NCBI GenBank assembly: GCA_964610055.1
Contig: CAZSUC010000001.1
Location: 505,692-569,691, forward strand
Direction: 5' to 3'
Length of the DNA stretch: 64,000 nucleotides
Origin: an uncultured Candidatus Saccharibacteria bacterium
GTDB taxonomy: Bacteria; Patescibacteriota; Andersenbacteria; UBA10190
The first letter of the stretch is position 1. Every line of letters starts with the position of its first letter. The translations under genes and the position numbers were made by a program. This document shows positions 37,827 to 47,314 of the stretch, in pieces. The notes below the pieces were generated by a model. The model was not told where the DNA came from. It ran no database searches and saw only the letters and a program-made list of their open reading frames with translations.

Positions 37827-39056
37827 ATGCGCAATATTCTTACATCAGTTTCCCCAAACCTTGAGAACGACGACGCTAAACTCGCTCTTAAGCAATTGTT
37901 CTCTCCTTGGAATTGGTTTAATCCTCATTATGTCAAAATTTTAACTGATCGCCTCCTCGCCCTTTATCCTAATCGTCACGCTATTCTCACAAGTTCAGGT
38001 CGTAGCGCTCTTTATGCGGTCCTTGCTCAATTAAAACTACGTCCTGACGACGAAGTTATTATTCAAGCTTTTACCTGCGTCACTGTTCCGGCTGCAATTC
38101 AATGGGCCGGCGGCAAACCAGTATATGCGGATATCAAACCTCGTACGTACAATTTAGACCCCGAATCTGTCTTACAAGTTATTACGTCTCACACCAAAGC
38201 TATTATTATCCAGCACACCCTCGGTTTACCGGCTGACCTATCAGTTTTTCAAGAAATTGCTCGACAACATAACATTTTCCTAATTGAAGATTGTGCCCAT
38301 GCTTTTGGCGCTAGCTATGCCGGACAATTAGTCGGATCCTTTGGTGACGCCGCCATTCTTAGTTTTGGCCGTGACAAAGCTTTATCCGGAGTTTTTGGTG
38401 GCACTGTTATTACTCCTAATTCTGATTTTGCTGATAAAATTCGCGCTGCTCAAGCAAGTCTACCTTTACCCCCTGTCTGGTGGATCATTCAACAGCTTTT
38501 ACATCCTCTTGTCTCTCGCTTAGTTATTCCTTTGTATTTCACGAGCAAAATCGGTCGTATTATTCTGGTTATCAGCCAAAAACTCAACCTTATTAGTAAA
38601 GCCGTTACTCCTTCTGAGCGAACGGGTGCCAAACCTTCATTGCTTTTTTGGCGCATGTCTCCCGCTTTAGCTATTTTAACTTCTCATCAACTCGATAAAC
38701 TGCTCCGTTTTACTTCTCATCGCCGTCATATTGCTCAAATTTATCTCGACCATTTAGCTAATCCACCTATTATCCCGACTACAGCTGAGCCATCTTGGTT
38801 ACGCTTTCCTCTAACAACGAAATATCCTCGTCGTTTACATATGCAAGCTCGTCGTTTACACATCCTTCTTGGTGATTGGTACGATGCCCCTATCGCCCCT
38901 CGCACTGTTAATCCAGCCGATTTTGGTTATCAGTCAGGTAGTTGTCCTGTTGCTGAATCAACTGCTCGTCGTATTGTTAATCTGCCAACTAATATTTTTG
39001 TCACTGAAAGCGACGCGCATCGTTTAATTCATTTAATTCAAAACCATGTCGCTTGA
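37827..39056 (+). CDS. DegT/DnrJ/EryC1/StrS-family PLP-dependent sugar aminotransferase
   Basis: Fold-type I aminotransferase with a putative Lys-bearing segment (SFGRDKALSG) and a sugar-aminotransferase-like N-terminus. Confidence 0.65.
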   Translation: MRNILTSVSPNLENDDAKLALKQLFSPWNWFNPHYVKILTDRLLALYPNRHAILTSSGRSALYAVLAQLKLRPDDEVIIQAFTCVTVPAAIQWAGGKPVYADIKPRTYNLDPESVLQVITSHTKAIIIQHTLGLPADLSVFQEIARQHNIFLIEDCAHAFGASYAGQLVGSFGDAAILSFGRDKALSGVFGGTVITPNSDFADKIRAAQASLPLPPVWWIIQQLLHPLVSRLVIPLYFTSKIGRIILVISQKLNLISKAVTPSERTGAKPSLLFWRMSPALAILTSHQLDKLLRFTSHRRHIAQIYLDHLANPPIIPTTAEPSWLRFPLTTKYPRRLHMQARRLHILLGDWYDAPIAPRTVNPADFGYQSGSCPVAESTARRIVNLPTNIFVTESDAHRLIHLIQNHVA

Positions 39057-40074
39057 AGTTCAGATCATTACTAATCAAACTGACTGGGAAAAATTAGTTC
39101 TCGCTGCTCATCCCAACACTTTTCTGCAATCATGGGCCTGGGGAGAAACTCAACTTGCTGATAACGAACAAATACAACGTCTTGTTGTTTTAGATCACAA
39201 TCACCCGATTGCCCTCGCAACCGTTATTTTAGTTAACGCCCGTCGTGGACGCCATTATTTAATTCCACACGGACCGCTTTATTTACAACCAGATCTCACC
39301 CCTCAAGCCTTAGATGCTATTATTGCGCATTTAAACACCACTGCTTCTATTGACCATGCTGTCGCCTTACGCATCGCCCCCCTACTTCTTACTTCGCCAG
39401 ATTCAAAGCAATTATTTAAATCACGAAATTTTCATCCTGCCCCCCTTCACGTTCACACTGAATTAACTTGGGTTTTAGACATTTCTCGTCCCAGTGACGA
39501 GTTACTTGCTGGTATGCGCAAAACTACTCGTCATGCTATCCGTAAAGCTGAACAAGCCGGGATCAGTTGTGAAATTATTACTGATATTTCTGCGCTTGAT
39601 CGTTTCTGGCCGCTTTACGATAAAACTCGACAACGGCATGGCTTCGTGCCCTTCAATTTAAAGTTTCTTACTAATCAATGGCATGCTTTTGAGTCTCATA
39701 ATCATATTTTTGCTGTCATTGCTCGTTATCATGATCAAGACGTCGCTGCTGGTATATTCATTGATTATGCCGGTACTGTTTTTTACCATCACGGCGCTTC
39801 TCTTAAACTGCCTAGCAATGTTCCTGCCGCCCACGCTGTTCAATGGCATGCTATCCAAGAAGCGCAACATCGTGGTGCCACTAATTTTAATTTCTGGGGC
39901 ATTGCGCCCGCTAATCAACCCAACCACCCATTCACTGGCATTCGGATTTTTAAAACTGGATTTGGCGGCCAAGCGTTTGATTATCTGCATGCCCAAGACC
40001 TCCCTTTCTCATGGCGCTATTGGTTCCTTTGGGGCGTAGATACTTATCGAAAATACCGTCGCGGATTCGCCTAG
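39046..40074 (+). CDS. FemAB-family aminoacyl-tRNA-dependent peptidoglycan peptidyltransferase (GNAT-like tandem fold)
   Basis: Length and sequence organisation of FemX/FemAB enzymes. Lies adjacent to murF and cell-wall genes. Confidence 0.65.
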   Translation: MSLEVQIITNQTDWEKLVLAAHPNTFLQSWAWGETQLADNEQIQRLVVLDHNHPIALATVILVNARRGRHYLIPHGPLYLQPDLTPQALDAIIAHLNTTASIDHAVALRIAPLLLTSPDSKQLFKSRNFHPAPLHVHTELTWVLDISRPSDELLAGMRKTTRHAIRKAEQAGISCEIITDISALDRFWPLYDKTRQRHGFVPFNLKFLTNQWHAFESHNHIFAVIARYHDQDVAAGIFIDYAGTVFYHHGASLKLPSNVPAAHAVQWHAIQEAQHRGATNFNFWGIAPANQPNHPFTGIRIFKTGFGGQAFDYLHAQDLPFSWRYWFLWGVDTYRKYRRGFA

Positions 40075-41498
40075 CTTGATCTACTTGCTAAAACTCCAGC
40101 CATCAACCAAAAAATTAAATTCGTTGGAAATATATCCCAAATATCAATAAATAGAGCTTGTAGACCAAACGCAGCCAAAAAACCTAATCCCCATAATCCC
40201 ATCACCACACCGTCTTTGTTGTTATTCATTACTAATTTCCATCCTTGCTTCGCTATCACCCAATAGATCCAAACATAAATCAAAATCCCAACCAACCCCA
40301 TCTCAATAAATGTTTTTAAATACTGATTATCAACTAAAGTACTGTCTTTGGCTAACTGAATTGTCCGACTCTCTCCCGAAACAATATCATAACCGCTGAC
40401 ATCTGTATCTCGAAAATTTTGTTGCAAAACATTTCCCAATCCCGCACCAAACAAAGCCTGAGCATTACTTACAGGCGCAATCAAACGTACCATGAATTCA
40501 ATTCTTTCCTCATTACTGCCGTAAGTCGGATCAAATATTGAACGAACAAATACTTTGGCATTTGTAAACATTAAAATTCCTGCCAGCGTTAGACTACCCA
40601 ACACACCTATTAAAGTTACACCTCGTACTAATTTTCGTTTTGTAACTTTCTGCTTCACTAAAAACCATGCATACGTCATTCCTATTACACCTAATCCAAC
40701 TAGCATCCCCATCCATACCGCTCGCGAATATGTCAGATAAATGAGTATAGCAACCATCCCCGCACTTAACAGAGCCGCCCAGCGCCATTTGGACTTATTT
40801 CCTAAGAATATTGCTGTTAATAAACATATTCCCATGATCAGATACTCTCCAAAAACACTCGGGTGCCCCATAACACTTGAGACTCTCGGAATCCATATAT
40901 TTTGCCCTGGATCAAAACGTAACACCGCGCTGTCTACTGCCCACCACCACTGATAAACCGCTAGTATCATTGTTATTCCCAGCGCCAACAGACCCCAGTT
41001 CAACCACTGCCTTTCTCGACTCTTGTTTTTAGGCATATAAATCACAGCAAAATATAACAATACATACAAGCCTATTTCCCGCGCACGTAACACACCTAGC
41101 ACTAAACTATCTGCTCGTAACATACTCACTATCGTCCAAATTCCTAATGCCAAAACTGGCCACCACAACACATTTCGTCGATAAGGTAATGTTTGTGTTA
41201 TAAATGGCCAAGCACATAAACGTACAAACAATACCGCAATCATTACGTCTTTAATCAGTGTAAACGTTCCTATTGTTTGAGTTATTTTAAAACTCGGTAA
41301 TAACGGCATTAAAACCACTAAAAAACTCACCGCCGCAACCGGATTCTGCCATGTCCACCAACCCGCTGCTAATCCTACTAAAAACCATACCCCAACCTGA
41401 AGATTTACAAACAAAGCTAACACGGCTGCCACTCCTACTCCTACCAATATCCAAATAAATTCTCGCCGTACTTTTTGATTACTTACTATCTCTAGCAT
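40071..41498 (-). CDS. O-antigen ligase/polymerase-family (Wzy_C) polytopic membrane protein
   Basis: About 12 transmembrane helices with the conserved loop motif LIYLTYSRAVWMGM (SRxxW). Confidence 0.6.
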   Translation of the reverse strand: MLEIVSNQKVRREFIWILVGVGVAAVLALFVNLQVGVWFLVGLAAGWWTWQNPVAAVSFLVVLMPLLPSFKITQTIGTFTLIKDVMIAVLFVRLCAWPFITQTLPYRRNVLWWPVLALGIWTIVSMLRADSLVLGVLRAREIGLYVLLYFAVIYMPKNKSRERQWLNWGLLALGITMILAVYQWWWAVDSAVLRFDPGQNIWIPRVSSVMGHPSVFGEYLIMGICLLTAIFLGNKSKWRWAALLSAGMVAILIYLTYSRAVWMGMLVGLGVIGMTYAWFLVKQKVTKRKLVRGVTLIGVLGSLTLAGILMFTNAKVFVRSIFDPTYGSNEERIEFMVRLIAPVSNAQALFGAGLGNVLQQNFRDTDVSGYDIVSGESRTIQLAKDSTLVDNQYLKTFIEMGLVGILIYVWIYWVIAKQGWKLVMNNNKDGVVMGLWGLGFLAAFGLQALFIDIWDIFPTNLIFWLMAGVLASRSS

Positions 41499-42403
41499 AA
41501 TTTCTTTGTATTAAGCTTTTTTTCTCGCAAATGTTTTGGGCTCGAAACCAAGGATAAAACCAATGCTAATGGACTTAAAATATCTAAAATTATTCCCGCC
41601 AACCATCCTAAATGTTTCTTTGCATAATATCGGCTGCTTTTAATCCAGGGCTTACTTTTAGCTAATCCAAGTAATTGATTAAAACTAGCGCCTCCGTAAT
41701 GCACTGTTTCTCCATCAGGAGTATACCAAATCTCAAATCCTTCTTTTTGAACTCTTTTGCAGAAATCAACTTCTTCAAACCAGATCCAAAAATTTTCATC
41801 TAACCCATTCAGCTTATTCCATACCTCTCTTCTGACCATAAAAACTGCCCCCATAACCTGATCCACCACTTGCTGTTTTGTGTAATCAAAATCTAATTTC
41901 AGATATTGTCTCCACGCCGGCCACGAAGGATACAACCACGGTAATTTAAACCAAACTCCTAATAAGAGGATTAATCCCGGAAATTCTCGAACCGACAATT
42001 GCAAACTGCCATCCTGATTCAATAATTTTGGCCCAACCACTCCTGCTTTTGGCTTATCATCAAGAACCTGGCCTAAAGCTTTTAAGCAGCCCGGCTTCAT
42101 TCTCGTATCTGGATTAAGTAATAGAATATCGCTTTGCTCGTTACCCTCTTCCCGACACATTTTAATTCCTAAATTATTAGCAGCGGCAAAACCAAAGTTA
42201 CTGTCCATTCGTTTCCAACGCACCGTATCCCAACTTTGCGTTATTTTTTGCGCTTGCCGCAGCGAATCATCTTCAGAGTTATTATCAACCACTACAACAC
42301 GGCTAATTAAATCTTTTTCTGGTAATCCTTGTAAAGCTTGCAAACATTCTGCTAATAATTTTCCTGTATTCCAATTTACGATTATTATAGCTACTTTTCT
42401 CAT
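41492..42403 (-). CDS. Glycosyltransferase family 2
   Basis: N-terminus VAIIIVNWNTG...VVDNNSEDDS. Confidence 0.7.
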   Translation of the reverse strand: MRKVAIIIVNWNTGKLLAECLQALQGLPEKDLISRVVVVDNNSEDDSLRQAQKITQSWDTVRWKRMDSNFGFAAANNLGIKMCREEGNEQSDILLLNPDTRMKPGCLKALGQVLDDKPKAGVVGPKLLNQDGSLQLSVREFPGLILLLGVWFKLPWLYPSWPAWRQYLKLDFDYTKQQVVDQVMGAVFMVRREVWNKLNGLDENFWIWFEEVDFCKRVQKEGFEIWYTPDGETVHYGGASFNQLLGLAKSKPWIKSSRYYAKKHLGWLAGIILDILSPLALVLSLVSSPKHLREKKLNTKKLC

Positions 42404-43506
42404 ACTAGTGATTTTATCACTTCTAACGTTGCTCTAGTTGTCCTTTCCCAGGTAAATTTAGCTGCCCAAGTTAATCCCTGAGAGATTAATTGATCTTTCC
42501 TTTGCCTTACTGAACTAATTCCGTCAGCAATCTCAGTCTTATTATCAGGATTAACTAAAATTGCTGCATCTCCCGCAACTTCCGGTAAAGATGACACATT
42601 ACTTGTTACTACTGGACAACCGCACGCCTGCGCCTCTAAAACAGTCATTCCAAATCCTTCATAAAAACTTGGTAACGCTAAAACTTCTGCGTGCCAATAT
42701 AATGGTGTCAATAAACTTTCTGGAACCCGTCCTGTAACAATAATCCTTTGTGATACTGAGCTATTCTGGATACGTTTTAGAATAGGATCTTGCAACCACC
42801 CATGCCCACCTGCAATGACCAACTGCAAATCAGTATCTTTTTGCGCTAAAATTTCAAAAGCTCCCACTAAACCAGTAATATTCTTACGCGGCTGAATCTG
42901 ACCAACAAACAAAATATATGGCCGTGTTAATTTTGATTGCCAAGTTTTCAGTTTATCCCACGCTAATTCATGCTCATTAATGTTTATAGGTCGTCGAAAT
43001 TTTTTATGATCAACTCCATGAGGAACTACAGTTACGTGCTTACTTCGCCCATAATATTCCAGAACATCATTAGCAGTTGCTTGCGAAACAGCAATAATCT
43101 CATCCGCTTCGCGCGCTACCTGCGCACTAAACCAATGCAGTAACACCCAATCTTTGCGTCGAAATTGTTGCGGAAATTTGTGTACCGCCAAATCGTGAAT
43201 AACAGCCACCGTTTTCATTTTGCTAGATCGCATTAGTGGCAACTGTTGAATCGGCATAAATAAAACATCGGCTGGATGCCGATACAGCTCCCATGGTAAA
43301 CGCGCCTGAGTCCAATACTTAATAAACGGAGAGATATGTTTTGTTGCGTTAGCATGAGATTGCAAATCAAAATCAGTAGGAGCATGCCAATCCCACTGTA
43401 TTTCTGGCGCTAATCTCGGTAACCTCTCTGCTAGTTCACGAGTATAACGAGTAGTGCCATCGGCCCGATTTGTACTTAAATCTGATGCGTCAAATGCTAC
43501 CTTCAT
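42400..43506 (-). CDS. Glycosyltransferase family 4
   Basis: GT4 motif FYEGFGMTVLEAQACGCPVVTSNVSSLPEV. Confidence 0.75.
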   Translation of the reverse strand: MKVAFDASDLSTNRADGTTRYTRELAERLPRLAPEIQWDWHAPTDFDLQSHANATKHISPFIKYWTQARLPWELYRHPADVLFMPIQQLPLMRSSKMKTVAVIHDLAVHKFPQQFRRKDWVLLHWFSAQVAREADEIIAVSQATANDVLEYYGRSKHVTVVPHGVDHKKFRRPININEHELAWDKLKTWQSKLTRPYILFVGQIQPRKNITGLVGAFEILAQKDTDLQLVIAGGHGWLQDPILKRIQNSSVSQRIIVTGRVPESLLTPLYWHAEVLALPSFYEGFGMTVLEAQACGCPVVTSNVSSLPEVAGDAAILVNPDNKTEIADGISSVRQRKDQLISQGLTWAAKFTWERTTRATLEVIKSLV

Positions 43507-43507
43507 A

Positions 43508-46144
43508 TTAATCTTTATTTATCATAGCTATTAATAATTTTTCTAATTCCTCAGTTCTTTTTTCCCAAGAATGGCTTCGTGCTAATTCAATTCTTTGCCC
43601 TGCCTGCACATCGGGAACATGTAGCCATTTTTCTGCTGCCTTAACTAATTCCTCTGCCCCTTTAACATAACTAATCTGATCTTGATACCGTTTTAATTCC
43701 GGTACTCCAGATGCAATCACAGGTTTACCACTGGCCATAAATTCCCAAAACTTTAAGGGGAAACTTGCTTCATTGTATTTGTTAACTCGATAAGGAATTA
43801 AACAAATATCAAAATACGAAACATATGCCGGTGCTAACTCCTGCGCAATTGCTGGCAAGATCGTAATATTTTTTAGATTTCCTATTTTTTCAACTTCTCC
43901 ATCTCGATCAACTACTGGTTTACCAACTAAAACAAACTGCCATTCTGGTCGCAACTCAGCTGCTCGATACAACATCTTTACGTCTATCTTATACGCATCC
44001 AACGCCCCAATCGAGCCTAAAACTGGACCAGTTAAACTAGATAATTCTGGCGGTGCTTGCTTATTTCCCGCTCCAGCCAAAAACAACTCGACATTTCCAG
44101 CATTTAAAACTAAATTTACATTCTTATTCTGTTTGTGTTTATCGTCCCATAATTTATGTGACGTTACTGTCACTAAATCAGCTCGTTGCATAATTTCATT
44201 TTCTTCTCGGCGTACCCGCTCAGCGTTCCGATTCGGGCCTGCTTGAGCCGCATGATCGTCTACACAGTCATATACCACTTTCCCTTGCCAAGTAGATAAA
44301 TACTCTGCTGCTTCCGTATCATAAATCCACATCACTGTTTTTTTACGACTAAAGCCTAATAGTCCCGCTAATAACCAGACATTGTACCGATTCAACCAAT
44401 GATTCATGCGACTTATTCCCTCTGATTCACGTGACCATGGAATTAGATTCCATTGAGATTTAATAAATAATCCCGTCTCTGCTTGCTCAAACCAAATAAT
44501 TCTCCATAATAAACGTCCAATCTCTCGCCAGTCTTTCCTTCGTAACCACAACGCCCGAACCAGCCATACTCGCGGTTCTATATATAAAACTGGATATTTT
44601 TTACTCAATCTTTTCATGATTTGCTGTCGATTCGTTAACGGCAAAGCGTCATATGCTGCTCCGGCAAAACATACAATGCCTATCTGTCCATCCCGCACTT
44701 TGCGTTTCCACAAATTTGGCAATAAATCAGACTTACCTATCCACCATCCAGTAAGTCCAATTAAAACTATGAAGACGATCCCGCGCAGCCATATATTTGG
44801 ATCAAAGAATAGCCAAGCAATCACTCCCACTACACTCGCTAGTACAATCAATACATCTTGATCCACTAGTGCTAAATCTAAACGTTTCAAACTATACCAA
44901 AGCGACAATACATAAGCCAAAGAAACTCCGCTCAATACCGCAATTGCCGCTAGCATAGCATCTGGGCGTTGCCACAATAGAAACGCGATAATCACCGCCG
45001 ATACCACGGTCATAATGCCAAAAAGCACTGCTCGATCTCTTGGTTTATCAGCCGCGACTAAAGCACTGCTCGTCCCAACGTCTAATAAGGCATATAGAAA
45101 AAAAGCCAATGTCATTATTAAAATTAGATGTCGTGCTGGTAAATATTCTGCCCCCACCACGTATTGCAATATCTCTGGCACAAAAAAGACTAATCCTACC
45201 GTTAACGCCGCCAAAACCACCAAAACCCGTTTCATATTCCGTGACACAATTCGTGCAAAGACCGCTTTATCTTGCATATACACTGAACTCATCCAGGCCA
45301 AATTAACTTCTGATAAAGCCATGGCCACAATTGTTAGTTTTGATCCGAAGGTTAACGAAACATTAATGTGCCCCAACTCATCCGCTGTTAGCACTCCTCC
45401 TAACAGCAACAACGGCAATCTTTGCCATACCACAAAGAATATCCGAGCCAAATACATGTAAATGCCAATCCTCATTACTCGTCGGCCATATTGCCTAATT
45501 TCTGGCCAACCAGGCCAACTCAAGTCTCCTGTCAACTCCTTACGCACTAACCCTGCCAGCAAGATTACCATGATCAATGTCGTTATAATCATAGCCGCAA
45601 AGAATCCATTTGCTGCATATTGCCAAGTCAACCACCCAAAAACACCCACGTTAATCAAGGCTGTTAAAATCTGCACTTTATACAAAGAAACAAATCTCTT
45701 TAATCCAGTTACTGTTGCTCCCATGACGTCTTGTAATCCCTGTAAAACTAAGACAGCTGCAAACATTTTAATTAACCCTGCTATTTCTGGACGACCATAC
45801 AAAGAACCAGCAATCCAGCTCGCTAACAATAAAAGTGCAATTGATAACGGTACTGTCACGACTTGTCTTACAATCTGAGATACCCAAAATACTGTTCCTT
45901 GCGCTTTCTTGTCTTTTAAAATCGCAATTTCCCTAATTGTCCCATCTACAATACCCAAATGTTGAGTCACTCCTACCACTCCGCCAATTGAAGTAACCAA
46001 ACCAATCAATCCATATTCTGCCGGGGACAAAACACGGATTACAATCACACTTTGAATAATCCCTAATATTGTCGTTATCGCCTTAGTAACCAATGACAAA
46101 AATTGAGTACGCGCCAGACTCATATTGCTCTTTCTTTTATCCAT
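43508..46144 (-). CDS. Fusion protein: N-terminal MOP-superfamily (Wzx-like) polysaccharide flippase domain plus C-terminal GT4-like glycosyltransferase domain
   Basis: The first ~480 aa carry about 12-14 transmembrane helices typical of polysaccharide biosynthesis/flippase proteins. The C-terminal ~390 aa show a GT-B pattern (FPLKFWEFMASGKPVIASGVPEL). Confidence 0.6.
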   Translation of the reverse strand: MDKRKSNMSLARTQFLSLVTKAITTILGIIQSVIVIRVLSPAEYGLIGLVTSIGGVVGVTQHLGIVDGTIREIAILKDKKAQGTVFWVSQIVRQVVTVPLSIALLLLASWIAGSLYGRPEIAGLIKMFAAVLVLQGLQDVMGATVTGLKRFVSLYKVQILTALINVGVFGWLTWQYAANGFFAAMIITTLIMVILLAGLVRKELTGDLSWPGWPEIRQYGRRVMRIGIYMYLARIFFVVWQRLPLLLLGGVLTADELGHINVSLTFGSKLTIVAMALSEVNLAWMSSVYMQDKAVFARIVSRNMKRVLVVLAALTVGLVFFVPEILQYVVGAEYLPARHLILIMTLAFFLYALLDVGTSSALVAADKPRDRAVLFGIMTVVSAVIIAFLLWQRPDAMLAAIAVLSGVSLAYVLSLWYSLKRLDLALVDQDVLIVLASVVGVIAWLFFDPNIWLRGIVFIVLIGLTGWWIGKSDLLPNLWKRKVRDGQIGIVCFAGAAYDALPLTNRQQIMKRLSKKYPVLYIEPRVWLVRALWLRRKDWREIGRLLWRIIWFEQAETGLFIKSQWNLIPWSRESEGISRMNHWLNRYNVWLLAGLLGFSRKKTVMWIYDTEAAEYLSTWQGKVVYDCVDDHAAQAGPNRNAERVRREENEIMQRADLVTVTSHKLWDDKHKQNKNVNLVLNAGNVELFLAGAGNKQAPPELSSLTGPVLGSIGALDAYKIDVKMLYRAAELRPEWQFVLVGKPVVDRDGEVEKIGNLKNITILPAIAQELAPAYVSYFDICLIPYRVNKYNEASFPLKFWEFMASGKPVIASGVPELKRYQDQISYVKGAEELVKAAEKWLHVPDVQAGQRIELARSHSWEKRTEELEKLLIAMINKD

Positions 46145-47262
46145 TTAATCAGCTCAGCTGCTCGTTTTGACCATTGCCATTCTCGCTGTGCCATTTCCTG
46201 ACCCTTGTTTCCCCAAACTTCACGTTCCTCCTTATTTTCAATTAAATTTTCTAGTCCGTTCTTAACCGCCTTAATATCATTTGGTGCGACTAAAATTCCA
46301 GTCTGACGATCTACAACCGCTTTTACGACTCCTCCAGTTCTAGTTGCCAATACTGCTCGTCCTGCTGCCGAAGCTTCTGTATAGACCATTCCGAACCCCT
46401 CCTTGTCACCTGGCAAATCTTTAGGTGTCATCGCAAAAAACTCAGCTGCTCGATAAAGAACTGGTAAATGACGGTTTGGTACATTAGTTAGAAATCTCAC
46501 ACTCTTTTCTGCAAAATTCGAACGCACCAATTCTCTTAAATAATCTAATTCCGGACCATTGCCAACTATGACTAATTGCCAATCGCCAAATTTAACTTGG
46601 TCTAACTCAGTAAAAGCTTCTATTAAAACATCAAAACCTTTACGTTGAACCAAACGTCCAACACTTAAAATAAAGGGCGATTTTACTCCATAGTGTCTCA
46701 ATATTCCTAACATCACTTCTTCTGGCCATACTCGGCTGAAACGCTCCTGGACTCCAGGCAAAACTTCAATGAGCTGCTCTTTACTTGCCCCTAGTTTGCA
46801 CAAAATTTGCTTCGTTTCGTCATTAATGTACAAAATTTTCTCTGCTTCTTTTATAACCTTTTGTAGCTGTTTACGTGTTCGACGTCGTTGCATCCATTGC
46901 TCAATCTCCATACCATACGTACAAACCATATACCCCACACCAGTTTTACGCTTAATCCGACGAGCAATTAGTCCTTCGCACAAGGCCTTACCGCACCATA
47001 CTAAATCAATTTTATCTTTTAATACTTGTTTTTTTAGTTTGCGATATAGCCAAAACCACCTCGGTCTCACCCAACGGTTAAAAAAGCGATAACGAGCAAC
47101 TAATACCTTATCTTGAACTCGATCGTGAAAATTTATTTCCGTAACTGGAGCGATTACTTGCACTCTTCCAATCTTAGCTATTTCCTGACTTAAAGCAGCT
47201 AAATAATTTTCAATTCCGCCTATTCGTGGCGCCCAATTTTCAGTAATCAATAATATCTTCAT
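46120..47262 (-). CDS. Glycosyltransferase family 4
   Basis: GT4 motif EGFGMVYTEASAAGRAVLATRTGG. Confidence 0.75.
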   Translation of the reverse strand: MKILLITENWAPRIGGIENYLAALSQEIAKIGRVQVIAPVTEINFHDRVQDKVLVARYRFFNRWVRPRWFWLYRKLKKQVLKDKIDLVWCGKALCEGLIARRIKRKTGVGYMVCTYGMEIEQWMQRRRTRKQLQKVIKEAEKILYINDETKQILCKLGASKEQLIEVLPGVQERFSRVWPEEVMLGILRHYGVKSPFILSVGRLVQRKGFDVLIEAFTELDQVKFGDWQLVIVGNGPELDYLRELVRSNFAEKSVRFLTNVPNRHLPVLYRAAEFFAMTPKDLPGDKEGFGMVYTEASAAGRAVLATRTGGVVKAVVDRQTGILVAPNDIKAVKNGLENLIENKEEREVWGNKGQEMAQREWQWSKRAAELIKWIKERAI

Positions 47263-47314
47263 AGCTACCTCTCAGCCTAGCAGATTATTCAATTTTATGC
47301 CCTATCTCCTAACC

